This document shows, piece by piece, positions 19,094 through 28,564 of a stretch of DNA of 64,000 nucleotides. The first letter of the stretch is position 1. Every line of letters begins with the position of its first letter. The stretch lies in assembly GCA_043758205.1 (NCBI GenBank), contig JAYVNY010000191.1, positions 21,581 through 85,580 on the forward strand, written 5' to 3'. A model generated the notes under the pieces. The model did no database searches, was not told where the DNA came from, and was given only the letters and a program-made list of their open reading frames with translations. This DNA is from Akkermansia sp. (GTDB lineage Bacteria; Verrucomicrobiota; Verrucomicrobiia; Limisphaerales; SIBH01). Made by a program: the position numbers and the translations under genes.

Positions 19094-19216
19094 TCATTTC
19101 ATTGGCCACGGCTGAAGGGCGACGAGTGATGAGGCGCAGATCGTCAGGAGGGCAATGACCACGAAACGCGACCTCTGGCGCCGGGCATATCCAATCAGTT
19201 TCCGGTAGGCATGCAT
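19094..19216 (-). pseudogene. Relic of an ABC-exporter N-terminus (40 codons, then stop)
   Basis: My translation is MHAYRKLIGYARRQRSRFVVIALLTICASSLVALQPWPMK*. It aligns with MRRALKLLPYAGRQRSRFIFIAFLTVCASSLVALQPWPMKLLVDH, the start of the 4952..6715 product. The similarity ends at the stop. Confidence 0.6.
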
Positions 19217-19353
19217 TCGCTGGGGCGCACCATTACACACAGCAACCAGCCGAAACAACATCAGGTGGTTCGTTCATTGCACTACGCTGCTGGTAACGAA
19301 AACGCCTCCCATGTTTGAGAGGCGCGGAACTATCGAAAAATCTGCGGCGTGAA

Positions 19354-20568
19354 TTACAACCCGGCAGCGTCAACGAGCGGCTCTGCATAACCATCGAAAT
19401 CGCCAGAGAATCCGCCGCGCGTTCGCCCGGTCGCGTCCTGCCAGCAGGCGACGGGAGACTGCGCCGTGCCAGTCGCTTGCAGCACCGACTTCACCTGGGC
19501 GGGGCTGAGCGAAGGATTGGAGATAACCAATTGTGCCGCCGCGCCAGCCACGTGTGGAGAAGCCATGCTTGTTCCGCTGAGCGTGGCATATCCGCCGTCC
19601 TTGTAAGTCGAATAGATGTTCACCCCGGGCGCCGCAATCGCGACCACAGAACCGTAGTTGCTGAAGGTAGCGAACGTGTCATCGCCGCCGTAGTAGGTGC
19701 CTGCACCCGCACCGCCACAACTGCCATCCGTGTCCGCAATGGCGGAGACGGCAATGACCTTGGGATGCTTCGCCGGGCTGAAGGTGCCGGCGTCCGCAGC
19801 GCTGTTGCCCGCCGCGACCACGTAAACGACACCTGAATCAACCGACTTGGAAAGGGCGCTGTCGAGGGTGGAACTGGTGCCAGAAAAACCGAGGCTCATG
19901 TTGGCGACCCGGATGCCTTTGACGGCCGCGTTTTTGGTCACCCAATCAATTCCAGAAACCACGGCTGAAAGAGCACCGCTGCCGCTCTTGTCGAGAACTT
20001 TGACCGCGTACAACCGTGCATTCGGGGCGACTCCGCGAATGCCAGCGCCGTTGATCTTGGCCGCCACGATGCCTGACACATGACTACCGTGCCCATTGTC
20101 GTCATTGCCTGACCGGACTCCGCGCACATAAGAAACGCTGCCGGCCACGTTCAAATCCGGATGGGTGAGTGAAATGCCCGTGTCAATAATCGCCACGCCC
20201 ATCGCAGAAGAGTCGGTGCGGGGATTGAGATTGGCACCGATCCGCGCCACGCCGAGGGGAACAGCGTCGCCGGTCGTCGCGCTGGCGACGCTCGTCTGCG
20301 CGGCGGTCTGGCCGATGCTGACCGTAATGTCCTGCTCAATGAGCAGTACGTCTGGATCGCGTTGCAGTGCATTGAGTCGGGCGGCGGGAATCATGCCGGC
20401 AAATCCATTCACGGCTGCGGTGTAAACGTGCTCGGCAGCGATGCCGTGACGATTGGCGACGGCAACTGGATTTGCCTGGGCCCGCACTTGCACGATGAAC
20501 GATCCTGGAATGGGAGCCGCGAGGAGGCTTCCGGCCATGAACGAGATTAACAGTATGTATTTTTTCAT
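19354..20568 (-). CDS. Secreted subtilisin-like serine protease (S8 + I9), paralog of 15258..16505
   Basis: ATG at 20568 (MKKYILLISFMAGSLLA). Triad: VAIIDTGI, GHGSHVSG, SGTSMASPHVAG. Most aligned positions are identical to the plus-strand paralog by eye, but synonymous sites differ. Confidence 0.95.
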   Translation of the reverse strand: MKKYILLISFMAGSLLAAPIPGSFIVQVRAQANPVAVANRHGIAAEHVYTAAVNGFAGMIPAARLNALQRDPDVLLIEQDITVSIGQTAAQTSVASATTGDAVPLGVARIGANLNPRTDSSAMGVAIIDTGISLTHPDLNVAGSVSYVRGVRSGNDDNGHGSHVSGIVAAKINGAGIRGVAPNARLYAVKVLDKSGSGALSAVVSGIDWVTKNAAVKGIRVANMSLGFSGTSSTLDSALSKSVDSGVVYVVAAGNSAADAGTFSPAKHPKVIAVSAIADTDGSCGGAGAGTYYGGDDTFATFSNYGSVVAIAAPGVNIYSTYKDGGYATLSGTSMASPHVAGAAAQLVISNPSLSPAQVKSVLQATGTAQSPVACWQDATGRTRGGFSGDFDGYAEPLVDAAGL

Positions 20569-20704
20569 AATGGGATTGTCGGTCGCGGAAAATAGCATGG
20601 CAGATGCCTCGCCACAACACGCTTGGAGAACAAATCCCGTGCCGCGAATTCAGACAATGGTGTCTCACGGCAGTCCAATTTCAGCACACGACGGTCAAAC
20701 AATT

Positions 20705-22459
20705 TCACTGCGTCAACACCCGGTAAAAACGTTGGGTGGCCGAGTTGACGATGTCCGTGACGGACAGAGTTCCACCATTGCCGACAACGTTCGTGAACGT
20801 CTGCCACGCCAATGGACTGAGCGACGGCGTGAATTGCGCGGCGTAGCTGTAAGATGGCTGGCTCTGGAATGAGAACGTGAACGTGTTGGCGGCCTGCCCT
20901 GGATTGTAGAGTTGAACGGGCAAACCCAGAGGGGGCGGGCCTTGCAACGTCGCGGCCGCGAGAGTCACGTTTCCGTAATCAACATCGAAAAGATTTTGAA
21001 TCGTCCAGCGAATGTGAAGGCGTTGTCCGGCGGAAGCCGCCGCGTAGTTCAGTGTGTAAATCACGTAGGAGTTTCCGAACACGTTGCTGAGGGTCAAATC
21101 GGTGAAGGCGCGTCCGCTGAAGTCGCTGAGCCAGGCCTGAAAATTTCCCTGCGCGCCGTAGAGGCCGGCGTAGATGCGCAACGTGCGCGAGTTCGTGTCG
21201 GCGGGAACCCTGAACTCGAAGCCATTCGTCAAGCCCGTGATGTAAACGCCCAGGTTGCTGTTATTCACGCTGCTGACCGGCGTGCCATCGCTCCACGAAA
21301 AGGCGGTGCGGTTGTCGGTGAAGCGAATCACTGCGTTCGTGCCGAGGCGGGAGAAGTCGGTGATCTGCGTGCCACCCGTTGCTTTGTGATTGAAGTTACT
21401 CGCGTTCAACAATCCCCGATGCGCCCAGTCCGACGTGCCTTCAGTGGTGAGATTCAAGGCCGTAGGCGCGGCGGTACGGCTGCCCGCGAGAGAGCCGCCG
21501 CTGCCCGCCACGAAGAGTGTCACCGGCGCGGACACGCCCGCGCCCGCCAGAGTGTCGATGGCGCGCGCCGTGATGATGTGCCGCCCGGGCGGCGGATTGG
21601 TCCAGACCAACGAATACGCCGGGCCGACCGAATCGCCGAGTTTCGTGACGCCCGCGTAGAATTCGACCAGCGTCACCGAGCCATCGCTGTCACTGGCATT
21701 GGCGGTCAGCGTGATGTTGGTGGGCGCAACGACGCTGGTGCCCTCCGGCGGCGAAGTGATGGTTACGAACGGCAGGTTGTTCGCACCGGGCGCCGTGAGC
21801 GCCGCCGACTGCAGCGTCACGTTCCCATCGGCCCGATACGCCGTTTGCAGCGTGTAAATGATGTCGAGGGTTTGATTGGTCGAATTCGCGGCAAAGTTAA
21901 GGGTGTAAAAAGCGCTCGGGCCATTTACGAGGTTGTTGACGGACGCGTTGGCGCTGTTGGTGTAGCCGTTGGCGCTGTTGTCGCTGAGGGTCGCGACGAA
22001 CCTGCCCCGCGCTGCGTATGCGCCTACGTAAACGCGCAACGTTTGCATGTTGGTGCGGGCCGGGACGTTGAGACGAAAACCAGAGCCGATGTTCGGAGTG
22101 CCGTAAGCCCACACGCCCGTCGTCGTATTCGTCACCGCCATGTGCGGCCCGCCATCACTCCAGGTGTAGCCATTCGCGTTGTCGGCGTATTGGTAGATGT
22201 AAACGTAGCCGTTGCTCGCATCGACGGGTGTGAAGTCGCTGATCTGGGGCGTGACACCGGCTTTGCGATCAAGGCTTGTTTCCGTGAACAACCCCCAATG
22301 CACCCAGTCGAGCACGCCGTTGGTGGTGAGGTTGACGACGGAGCCGGCCGGAATGGAATTGAAAGTCGCGGTCAAAGTTCCCGCGCGACCAGTCAGGGCC
22401 AGCATCGAGATGACGCAGACCAGCGAAGTGGGGAACCACCGAAACAAATTCATGCTCAT
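20705..22459 (-). CDS. Large secreted protein: SP - domain A - Ig-like - domain A - C-terminal FYRV module
   Basis: 584 aa starting MSMNLFRWFPTSLVCVISMLALTGRA. It has the same domain-A signatures as 16632..18932, one Ig-like unit, and ends ...ATQRFYRVLTQ. Confidence 0.85.
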   Translation of the reverse strand: MSMNLFRWFPTSLVCVISMLALTGRAGTLTATFNSIPAGSVVNLTTNGVLDWVHWGLFTETSLDRKAGVTPQISDFTPVDASNGYVYIYQYADNANGYTWSDGGPHMAVTNTTTGVWAYGTPNIGSGFRLNVPARTNMQTLRVYVGAYAARGRFVATLSDNSANGYTNSANASVNNLVNGPSAFYTLNFAANSTNQTLDIIYTLQTAYRADGNVTLQSAALTAPGANNLPFVTITSPPEGTSVVAPTNITLTANASDSDGSVTLVEFYAGVTKLGDSVGPAYSLVWTNPPPGRHIITARAIDTLAGAGVSAPVTLFVAGSGGSLAGSRTAAPTALNLTTEGTSDWAHRGLLNASNFNHKATGGTQITDFSRLGTNAVIRFTDNRTAFSWSDGTPVSSVNNSNLGVYITGLTNGFEFRVPADTNSRTLRIYAGLYGAQGNFQAWLSDFSGRAFTDLTLSNVFGNSYVIYTLNYAAASAGQRLHIRWTIQNLFDVDYGNVTLAAATLQGPPPLGLPVQLYNPGQAANTFTFSFQSQPSYSYAAQFTPSLSPLAWQTFTNVVGNGGTLSVTDIVNSATQRFYRVLTQ

Positions 22460-22483
22460 ACGTTATGGCCCTCCCGGACCAAT

Positions 22484-24814
22484 TCAAAATTGCGGCAGAG
22501 ATTGAGCGCCCGCGCGGAAGAACCTTTGGGCCGCGGGCGAGGTGCGATTAGTGATCGTCACGAGCGTGCCGTCCCCGCTGAAGTTCGTCAGAAACTGCCA
22601 GTTGATGGGGGAGAGGGAATCTGTGAATTCGACCGTGTAGGTCGTGGCGGCTCTGGTTTCGAAGGAAAAAACAAAATCTTCGCCGACAATTCGCGGATTA
22701 AAAATGACAGCCGCAGAGGGTGTATTGCTGACCACGGTGATGCTGATGGGGCTGGAGGTTGTGGACGCGCCACGATTGTCGGTGGCGAGGGCGGTCAAAC
22801 TGTAAGTGCCGACCGAGAGGTTGCTGACCGTGAAGTTGAATGGAGCAGCCGCATCAACCCCCAACACGGTTGTTCCCGCATAAAATTCCACGCTCGACAC
22901 CGTCCCGTCGGAATCTGATGCAGACGCCGCAATCGTAAATGTGGCCGGCGCGCTGAAAATTGCGTGGTTAATCGGACTGTTCATCGTGACCGTCGGCAGG
23001 GCGTTCACCGTAATGGTGATCGAATTCGTGGTCTTCGCTCCCTGATTGTCCGTGGCCACGGACGAAAACGCGTAGGTTCCGTCGGCAAGATTGCTGACCG
23101 TCACAGCGTACGGACTCGTCGTGTCAGCACCAACCGATACAGCTCCGTTGAAGAACTCCACTTGCGTCACGCTGCCGTCGCTATCGGATGCAGTCGCTTC
23201 CAGCGTAAACGTGGCCGGAGCGGTGAGGACCGCGTTGTTCACGGGATTGGTGATGCTGACGACGGGCGGCACGTTGGTCGCCGTCAGCGCTCCAAGCTGA
23301 AGGGTCGCGGCCTGGAGCGTCACGTTGCCGTAAGTGAAATCGTACGCGTTTCCGATGGTCTGCCGCACGATGAGCCGCTGTCCCGGTGAAGCCGCCGCGT
23401 AATCGATCGTGTAAACCACGTAGCGGTTCCCGAACACGTTGCTCAGGGAAGTATCCGTGAAGGCTCGGCCGCTGAAATCAGTGAGGAACGCTTCGAAGTT
23501 GGCCTGTGCTCCGTACAGGCCCGTGTAAACCTTGAGCGTCCGCAGGCGGGTGTCTGCTGGAGCACTGATCTCAAAGCCGTTGGCGGCACCCGTCACGAAG
23601 AGGCCGGTCGTGGAACCGTTCGTCGTCGCGAGGGGAACGCCATCCGACCATGAGAACGCTGTGTAATTGTTATCGTACCGCGTAACTACATTGCTGCCGA
23701 TGAGCGTGAAGTTGGAAATCTGCCCATTGCCCGTGGACTTGTGATCGAAGCTGGAGGCAGTCAGCGCGCCCCAGTGCGCCCAGTCTGAAGTCCCTTCCGC
23801 AGTGAGATTGACGGCCGCCGGCGAATTGCTGCGGGTGCCGGATAGCGCACCGCCTGGTCCGCCGACGAAGACGGTGACCCGCGAGGAAATCCCCACGCCG
23901 CCGGCATTGTCGATCGCGCGTGCGGTGAGCACGTAGGAGCCGGGCTGTGGATTTGTCCAGACGATAGAGTAGGGCGCACTCGTGGCTTGGCCGATCTTGT
24001 TCGAAGCAGCAAAGAACTCGACCGCGCTGACGGTCCCGTCGGCATCACCCGCCGTGGCGCTCAACACGATCATATTCGTTGGAGAAAAACTCGCCCGGTC
24101 CTCAGGATTGGTGAGAGCCACGAAGGGAAGATTGTTCAACCCCGGGGTGCTCAGAGCCGCCGCTTGCAAAGTCACATTGCCACCCCCGCCGCTGCCGCGC
24201 AGCCGTGCCAACGTGTAAAAAACGGTCAACGTCTGCCCCGGTGAATTGGCCGCGAAATTAAGGGTGTAAACGGCGCTCGGTCCATTGCCGTTGTTGTCCA
24301 CCGCCGTGCTGTTGGTGTAATTGGGCGCGCTGGCATCACTGAGAAAGGCCACGAACTTGCCCTGCGCGGCAAAAGCGCCCACATACACTTTGAGCGTCTG
24401 AACATTGGTGCTTGCCGGAACGCTAAAACGAAAACCTGTGTCCGCCGCCGGCACGCCGTAGGCCCACACCCCCGTCGTTGTATTCGTCACCGCCAGGTGC
24501 GGTGTGCCATCAGTCCAAGTGTAACCGTTGGCATTGTCCGCGAACTGGTAAATGTAAACGTAGCCACCGCTCGCAGCGACCGGTGTGAAATTGCTGATGC
24601 GCGGCGCCACATTGACTTTGCGGTCGATACTCGTGTCGGTGAGCAGGCCCCAATGAACCCAGTCGGCGGAGCCGGCCACCGTCAAATTCACTGCGGAGCC
24701 AGCGGGGATGGAATTGAATGTTGAGGTCAAAGTGCCCGCGCGACTGCTCAACGTTGAAATCGAAACGCCGCAGGCCAGCAAAATGGAAAACCGAAAAAGC
24801 CGATACATTTCCAA
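22484..24814 (-). CDS. Large secreted protein: SP - domain A - Ig-like - domain A - Ig-like x2 - C-terminal module
   Basis: 776 aa with a TTG start in the track. The ATG at 24808 (MYRLFRFSILLACGVSISTLSSRA) is more likely. The architecture is collinear with 16632..18932. It ends ...AAQRFFRAGAQSLPQF. Confidence 0.85.
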   Translation of the reverse strand: MEMYRLFRFSILLACGVSISTLSSRAGTLTSTFNSIPAGSAVNLTVAGSADWVHWGLLTDTSIDRKVNVAPRISNFTPVAASGGYVYIYQFADNANGYTWTDGTPHLAVTNTTTGVWAYGVPAADTGFRFSVPASTNVQTLKVYVGAFAAQGKFVAFLSDASAPNYTNSTAVDNNGNGPSAVYTLNFAANSPGQTLTVFYTLARLRGSGGGGNVTLQAAALSTPGLNNLPFVALTNPEDRASFSPTNMIVLSATAGDADGTVSAVEFFAASNKIGQATSAPYSIVWTNPQPGSYVLTARAIDNAGGVGISSRVTVFVGGPGGALSGTRSNSPAAVNLTAEGTSDWAHWGALTASSFDHKSTGNGQISNFTLIGSNVVTRYDNNYTAFSWSDGVPLATTNGSTTGLFVTGAANGFEISAPADTRLRTLKVYTGLYGAQANFEAFLTDFSGRAFTDTSLSNVFGNRYVVYTIDYAAASPGQRLIVRQTIGNAYDFTYGNVTLQAATLQLGALTATNVPPVVSITNPVNNAVLTAPATFTLEATASDSDGSVTQVEFFNGAVSVGADTTSPYAVTVSNLADGTYAFSSVATDNQGAKTTNSITITVNALPTVTMNSPINHAIFSAPATFTIAASASDSDGTVSSVEFYAGTTVLGVDAAAPFNFTVSNLSVGTYSLTALATDNRGASTTSSPISITVVSNTPSAAVIFNPRIVGEDFVFSFETRAATTYTVEFTDSLSPINWQFLTNFSGDGTLVTITNRTSPAAQRFFRAGAQSLPQF

Positions 24815-24818
24815 AACC

Positions 24819-25550
24819 TTATGGCACGGCAGGAACAGCGCTCACATGCCCGTCAAAATAAAGCCGGTTCCAAATCTTACCGTGGACTGGCCGGTCGGGC
24901 AGATCGTCATACCAGCTCGGCACGATGTTGATGCTCACCTTGTCCGCATCCTCGATGGCCCAACTCTCTGCCGCGGAAGCGAACTGGGTCATCTCGGAAA
25001 GTTTCATCGGCTTCTCGGCCGGGCCAGGTGGGCTGGGATAACCAAATGGCCGGGCGGTGCCCGCACCGGGATCCACGTCCCAGTTCAACAGGTAAATCTT
25101 ACGCCCGGTCACGCCGCCGGAGGCGCCGGGCGCGGACTTCACGTAGCCGGGGCAAATCATCACGTTCGCGGTTCGCATCTTCGTGTCCGGAGGGGGATAT
25201 CCGAGGTATGGAGCGAGGAAGAAGGCCAGTTCCCGGCTCTGGTTCCGATCATAGTTCGGCTGCGCACCACCGAGACAGGGACCCGGGAGACGCTCCTCTT
25301 CATCCTCATCGGCGTAAAGTTGAAGGCCGATGCCCAACTGCTTCAGGTTCGAGAGGCATACCGTCTGGTGAGCCTTCGACTTGGCGCGCGCCAGTGCCGG
25401 CAAGAGCAGGCTGGCAAGAATGGCGATAATGGCGATGACGACCAGCAATTCGATAAGCGTGAACGCGTTACCGGCTGAACTTCGGTGACTTGATGCTGCA
25501 ACGGGTAGTTTCATGGCGCGCCCACTTTCGAGCACCGTCTTTTTTATCAT
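24819..25550 (-). CDS. Prepilin-type N-terminal cleavage/methylation domain protein (DUF1559 / H-X9-DG-like), paralog of 6777..7517
   Basis: [30 protein letters not shown] ... [14 protein letters not shown]. It is collinear with the 6777..7517 product over the full length. The alternative ATG at 25514 is possible. Confidence 0.9.
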   Translation of the reverse strand: MIKKTVLESGRAMKLPVAASSHRSSAGNAFTLIELLVVIAIIAILASLLLPALARAKSKAHQTVCLSNLKQLGIGLQLYADEDEEERLPGPCLGGAQPNYDRNQSRELAFFLAPYLGYPPPDTKMRTANVMICPGYVKSAPGASGGVTGRKIYLLNWDVDPGAGTARPFGYPSPPGPAEKPMKLSEMTQFASAAESWAIEDADKVSINIVPSWYDDLPDRPVHGKIWNRLYFDGHVSAVPAVP

Positions 25551-25664
25551 TGTTTTGCGCTATTGCAACGGACGTTTGCCGGCAAGAGTGGTCACGCCTT
25601 GAAGCACTGATTCACTGCGATTCCGCGTTTGGCTTTCGGAAAACCCGCCCGTATAAAACGGGGA

Positions 25665-26036
25665 ATGAGTTTTCGTCGCGAAAGAGTGTTACTGATCGGA
25701 CTCGCCGCCGTGCTGTTTCTGTGCGCTTTGATGACGGTGCGACAGGTTCTCGAAAACCAGTCGCATCACGCCGAGGTGCGCGAGGCGTTCATCCTGTCCC
25801 ACCACAAAGGGAACAACGCCGACGCACAGCGGCTTTACGACCGGCTGAAGTATGACCTTCCCGAAGAACCAACCCGGCATCTGATCGATGATTTGGAGCG
25901 CACGGCAGTCCTAGCGCCGACGAACCAGTCGCCGTCCTCCAATCTGCTGGTGCGCTATCATCTCTCCGTGCAGCACGAAGTGCAAAAACGCGTGGAGCAA
26001 AAATACCTGAAGCCCAAAACGGAGAACGGTTCCTGA
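25665..26036 (+). CDS. Hypothetical single-pass membrane protein
   Basis: ATG at 25665 (MSFRRERVLLIGLAAVLFLCALMTV...). It ends 2 nt before the next gene. No family recognised. Confidence 0.45.
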   Translation: MSFRRERVLLIGLAAVLFLCALMTVRQVLENQSHHAEVREAFILSHHKGNNADAQRLYDRLKYDLPEEPTRHLIDDLERTAVLAPTNQSPSSNLLVRYHLSVQHEVQKRVEQKYLKPKTENGS

Positions 26037-26038
26037 AC

Positions 26039-28564
26039 ATGGCTCCTGGCCAACAGCCCGCGCGTGTTGCAGTCGATGGAAAATTTTTCCGTCTCGGCCA
26101 CGAAAAGTTCATTCCCAAAGGAGTGACCTACGGTCCATTTGCCCCCAACGGCAGCGGCGAAACCTTTGGCACACCCGAACAGGCGGCAAAGGACTTCGCA
26201 CAAATCCGGGAACTGAACGCCAACGTCCTCCGGGTTTATTACGTCCCGCCGCTTTGGTTTCTCGATCTCGCGGAACAGCATGGGCTGAAGGTGTTCGTGG
26301 ACATCCCATGGGAAAAGCATCGTTGCTTCCTCGAAACTTATGAAATGAGGGAGGCCGCGCGAGAGAGCGTCCGGGCCGCGGCCCGCGCCTGCGCAGGACA
26401 TCCGGCGCTCTTTGCCTTCAGCGTGGCGAATGAAATTCCCGCAGAGATTGTGCGCTGGCATGGGGCCAGCGAAGCCGCCGAATTCATAGACCATCTGGTT
26501 TCCGAAGTGAAAGCCATTGACGCGGGCGCGCTCTGCACCTTCGCCTCGTTTCCGCCGACGGAGTTCCTCCAGCCCAAAGCCATAGATTTTGTCACCTTCA
26601 ACGTTTACCTCCATGAGCGGGGCGCGTTTGAAAGCTACCTCGCGCGCCTGCAAACGATGGCGAACGACAAGCCCCTGGTCCTCGGCGAATTCGGAGCCGA
26701 CTCGCACCGCGAAACAGAATCGCGCAAATGCGAGATGCTGCGCTGGCAAATCGAAGCCGCCTTTCGCTGCGGCCTCGCCGGCACGGTGCTCTTCTCCTTT
26801 ACGGATGAGTGGTTTCGCGGCGGACAGCAGATTACGGATTGGACCTTTGGCCTCACGACCGGCGAGCGCACGCCCAAGCCGTCGTTTGCTGCCGTGCGCG
26901 ATGCTTATGGGATCGCGCCCTATTTTCCGCTCGCCCGCGCGCCAAAGGTTTCCGTGGTCGTGGCGAGTTACAACGGAGCCGTGACGTTGCGCACCTGCCT
27001 GCAATCGCTCATCCGGCTGAATTATCCGGATTACGAAGTCATCCTGGTTGATGATGGGTCAACCGACACGACGCCGCAGATCGCTGCGGAGTTTCCAACC
27101 GTGCGCAACATCCGGCAAAACAACTTGGGTCTTTCGGCCGCGCGCAATACCGGCATCGCCGCCGCGACGGGAGAGATCGTGGCCTTCACGGACTCGGACT
27201 GCCGAGCGGACGAAGATTGGCTTTACTACCTCGTCAACGAGTTTCTCCGTTCGGACTTTGTCGGAGTGGGTGGTCACAACTTCCTGCCGCCCGAGGATTC
27301 GGCTGTCGCCGCAGCCGTGCTGGTCTCGCCCGGCGGTCCCGCGCATGTGATGTTGAGCGACCGTGAAGCCGAACACGTTCCCGGCTGCAACATGGCGTTC
27401 TACAAGTGGGCGCTGGACCAGATAAAAGGTTTCGATCCCTTGTATCGCAAGGCGGGCGATGACGTGGACCTTTGTTGGCGCTTGCAGGAGCTGGGTTACA
27501 AAATCGGTTTCGCGGCCAGCGCCTTTGTGTGGCACTACCGCCGATCTACGGTGAAGGCCTACCTGAAACAACAGGCCGGCTACGGCGAAGCCGAGGCGCT
27601 GTTGCAGCAGAAACATCCTGAGTATTTCAATGTGCTCGGCAGCGGGGTCTGGCGCGGGCGCATCTACGGGGCCGGGCTTCCGGGCATCGTGCTTCAGCGG
27701 GCCGTCATTTACCACGGCGTCTTCGGCAGCGGTTTTTTCCAGAAGCTTTACGCGCGCGAACCCTCATTTGCGCTGATGGTTTTCACGTCGTTGCAATTCT
27801 ACGCTTTCGTCACACTGCCGCTTCTGTTCCTGGCCAGTTGGTGGATCGGTTTCCTGCCGGTGGCATTTCTCGCACTGGGACTGTCAGTGGGTGTGTCTGT
27901 CGTGGCCGGAATGCAAGCCTCGCTTCCCGCCGACCGGACCCGGGTGTGGTCGCGGGCGCTCGTGGCGCTGATGTTTTTCCTGCAACCATTGGTGCGCGGC
28001 TGGGCGCGTTACAAACGCCACCTTCTGGTGGCGCAACCGAAAAGGTCGCCGGGGCATTTTGAAACTGCGGCGACGACGTTCACAAATCCGTTCTGCTTCT
28101 GGTCCCGCGGCACCGAGCGCTACGCTTTCATCGAGGCTGTTCAGCTCGAACTGGCGCCAAGCGGATGGGAACACCGCATTGATTCAGGCTGGGATGAGTT
28201 CGATGTGGAAATCACCACAAACCGCTGGAGCACGGCCCGACTCACGACGGTTCACGAGGAACTGGCGGCAGGACGCCGGTTTTTCCGCTGCCGCCTCGAC
28301 ACCCGATCATCTTGGACAAGCTGGTTGCTGATCACCCTGTTGGCACTCGCCAGTTCATTCGCCGTCCTCCTGTTCCGCGAACAACTGCCTTACGTTTGGT
28401 TCGCCCTCGCCCTCGTGCCGATGGCGCTCCTGTTCGTGGCCACGGAGGAACGTGACCAGAGCGAAGCGATCGCCGCCTTGGTCGCCACGGCAGCCCGCCG
28501 ACTTGGATTTGAGGATTGGCACGGCGAACCTTCGCAACACCCGGCCAGCATCACGGCTTCCTGA
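26039..28564 (+). CDS. Fusion protein: clan GH-A-like TIM-barrel glycosidase + GT2 glycosyltransferase + C-terminal multi-TM domain
   Basis: The N-terminus has FSVANEIP (NE acid/base-like) and LVLGEFGADS (nucleophile-like). The middle is KVSVVVASYNG...YEVILVDDGSTD...AFTDSDC...GDDVDLCWRL (GT2). The C-terminus has ~5 hydrophobic segments. Confidence 0.85.
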   Translation: MAPGQQPARVAVDGKFFRLGHEKFIPKGVTYGPFAPNGSGETFGTPEQAAKDFAQIRELNANVLRVYYVPPLWFLDLAEQHGLKVFVDIPWEKHRCFLETYEMREAARESVRAAARACAGHPALFAFSVANEIPAEIVRWHGASEAAEFIDHLVSEVKAIDAGALCTFASFPPTEFLQPKAIDFVTFNVYLHERGAFESYLARLQTMANDKPLVLGEFGADSHRETESRKCEMLRWQIEAAFRCGLAGTVLFSFTDEWFRGGQQITDWTFGLTTGERTPKPSFAAVRDAYGIAPYFPLARAPKVSVVVASYNGAVTLRTCLQSLIRLNYPDYEVILVDDGSTDTTPQIAAEFPTVRNIRQNNLGLSAARNTGIAAATGEIVAFTDSDCRADEDWLYYLVNEFLRSDFVGVGGHNFLPPEDSAVAAAVLVSPGGPAHVMLSDREAEHVPGCNMAFYKWALDQIKGFDPLYRKAGDDVDLCWRLQELGYKIGFAASAFVWHYRRSTVKAYLKQQAGYGEAEALLQQKHPEYFNVLGSGVWRGRIYGAGLPGIVLQRAVIYHGVFGSGFFQKLYAREPSFALMVFTSLQFYAFVTLPLLFLASWWIGFLPVAFLALGLSVGVSVVAGMQASLPADRTRVWSRALVALMFFLQPLVRGWARYKRHLLVAQPKRSPGHFETAATTFTNPFCFWSRGTERYAFIEAVQLELAPSGWEHRIDSGWDEFDVEITTNRWSTARLTTVHEELAAGRRFFRCRLDTRSSWTSWLLITLLALASSFAVLLFREQLPYVWFALALVPMALLFVATEERDQSEAIAALVATAARRLGFEDWHGEPSQHPASITAS

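Noticed and set aside
16632-24814. High density of N-x-(S/T) sequons in the A-domain and propeller proteins, suggesting N-glycosylation
   Set aside because: The proteins are simply Asn/Thr/Ser-rich. Many sequons coincide with BNR-like S-x-N-G-x-x-W repeats. No oligosaccharyltransferase gene is in the window, so no inference is drawn.
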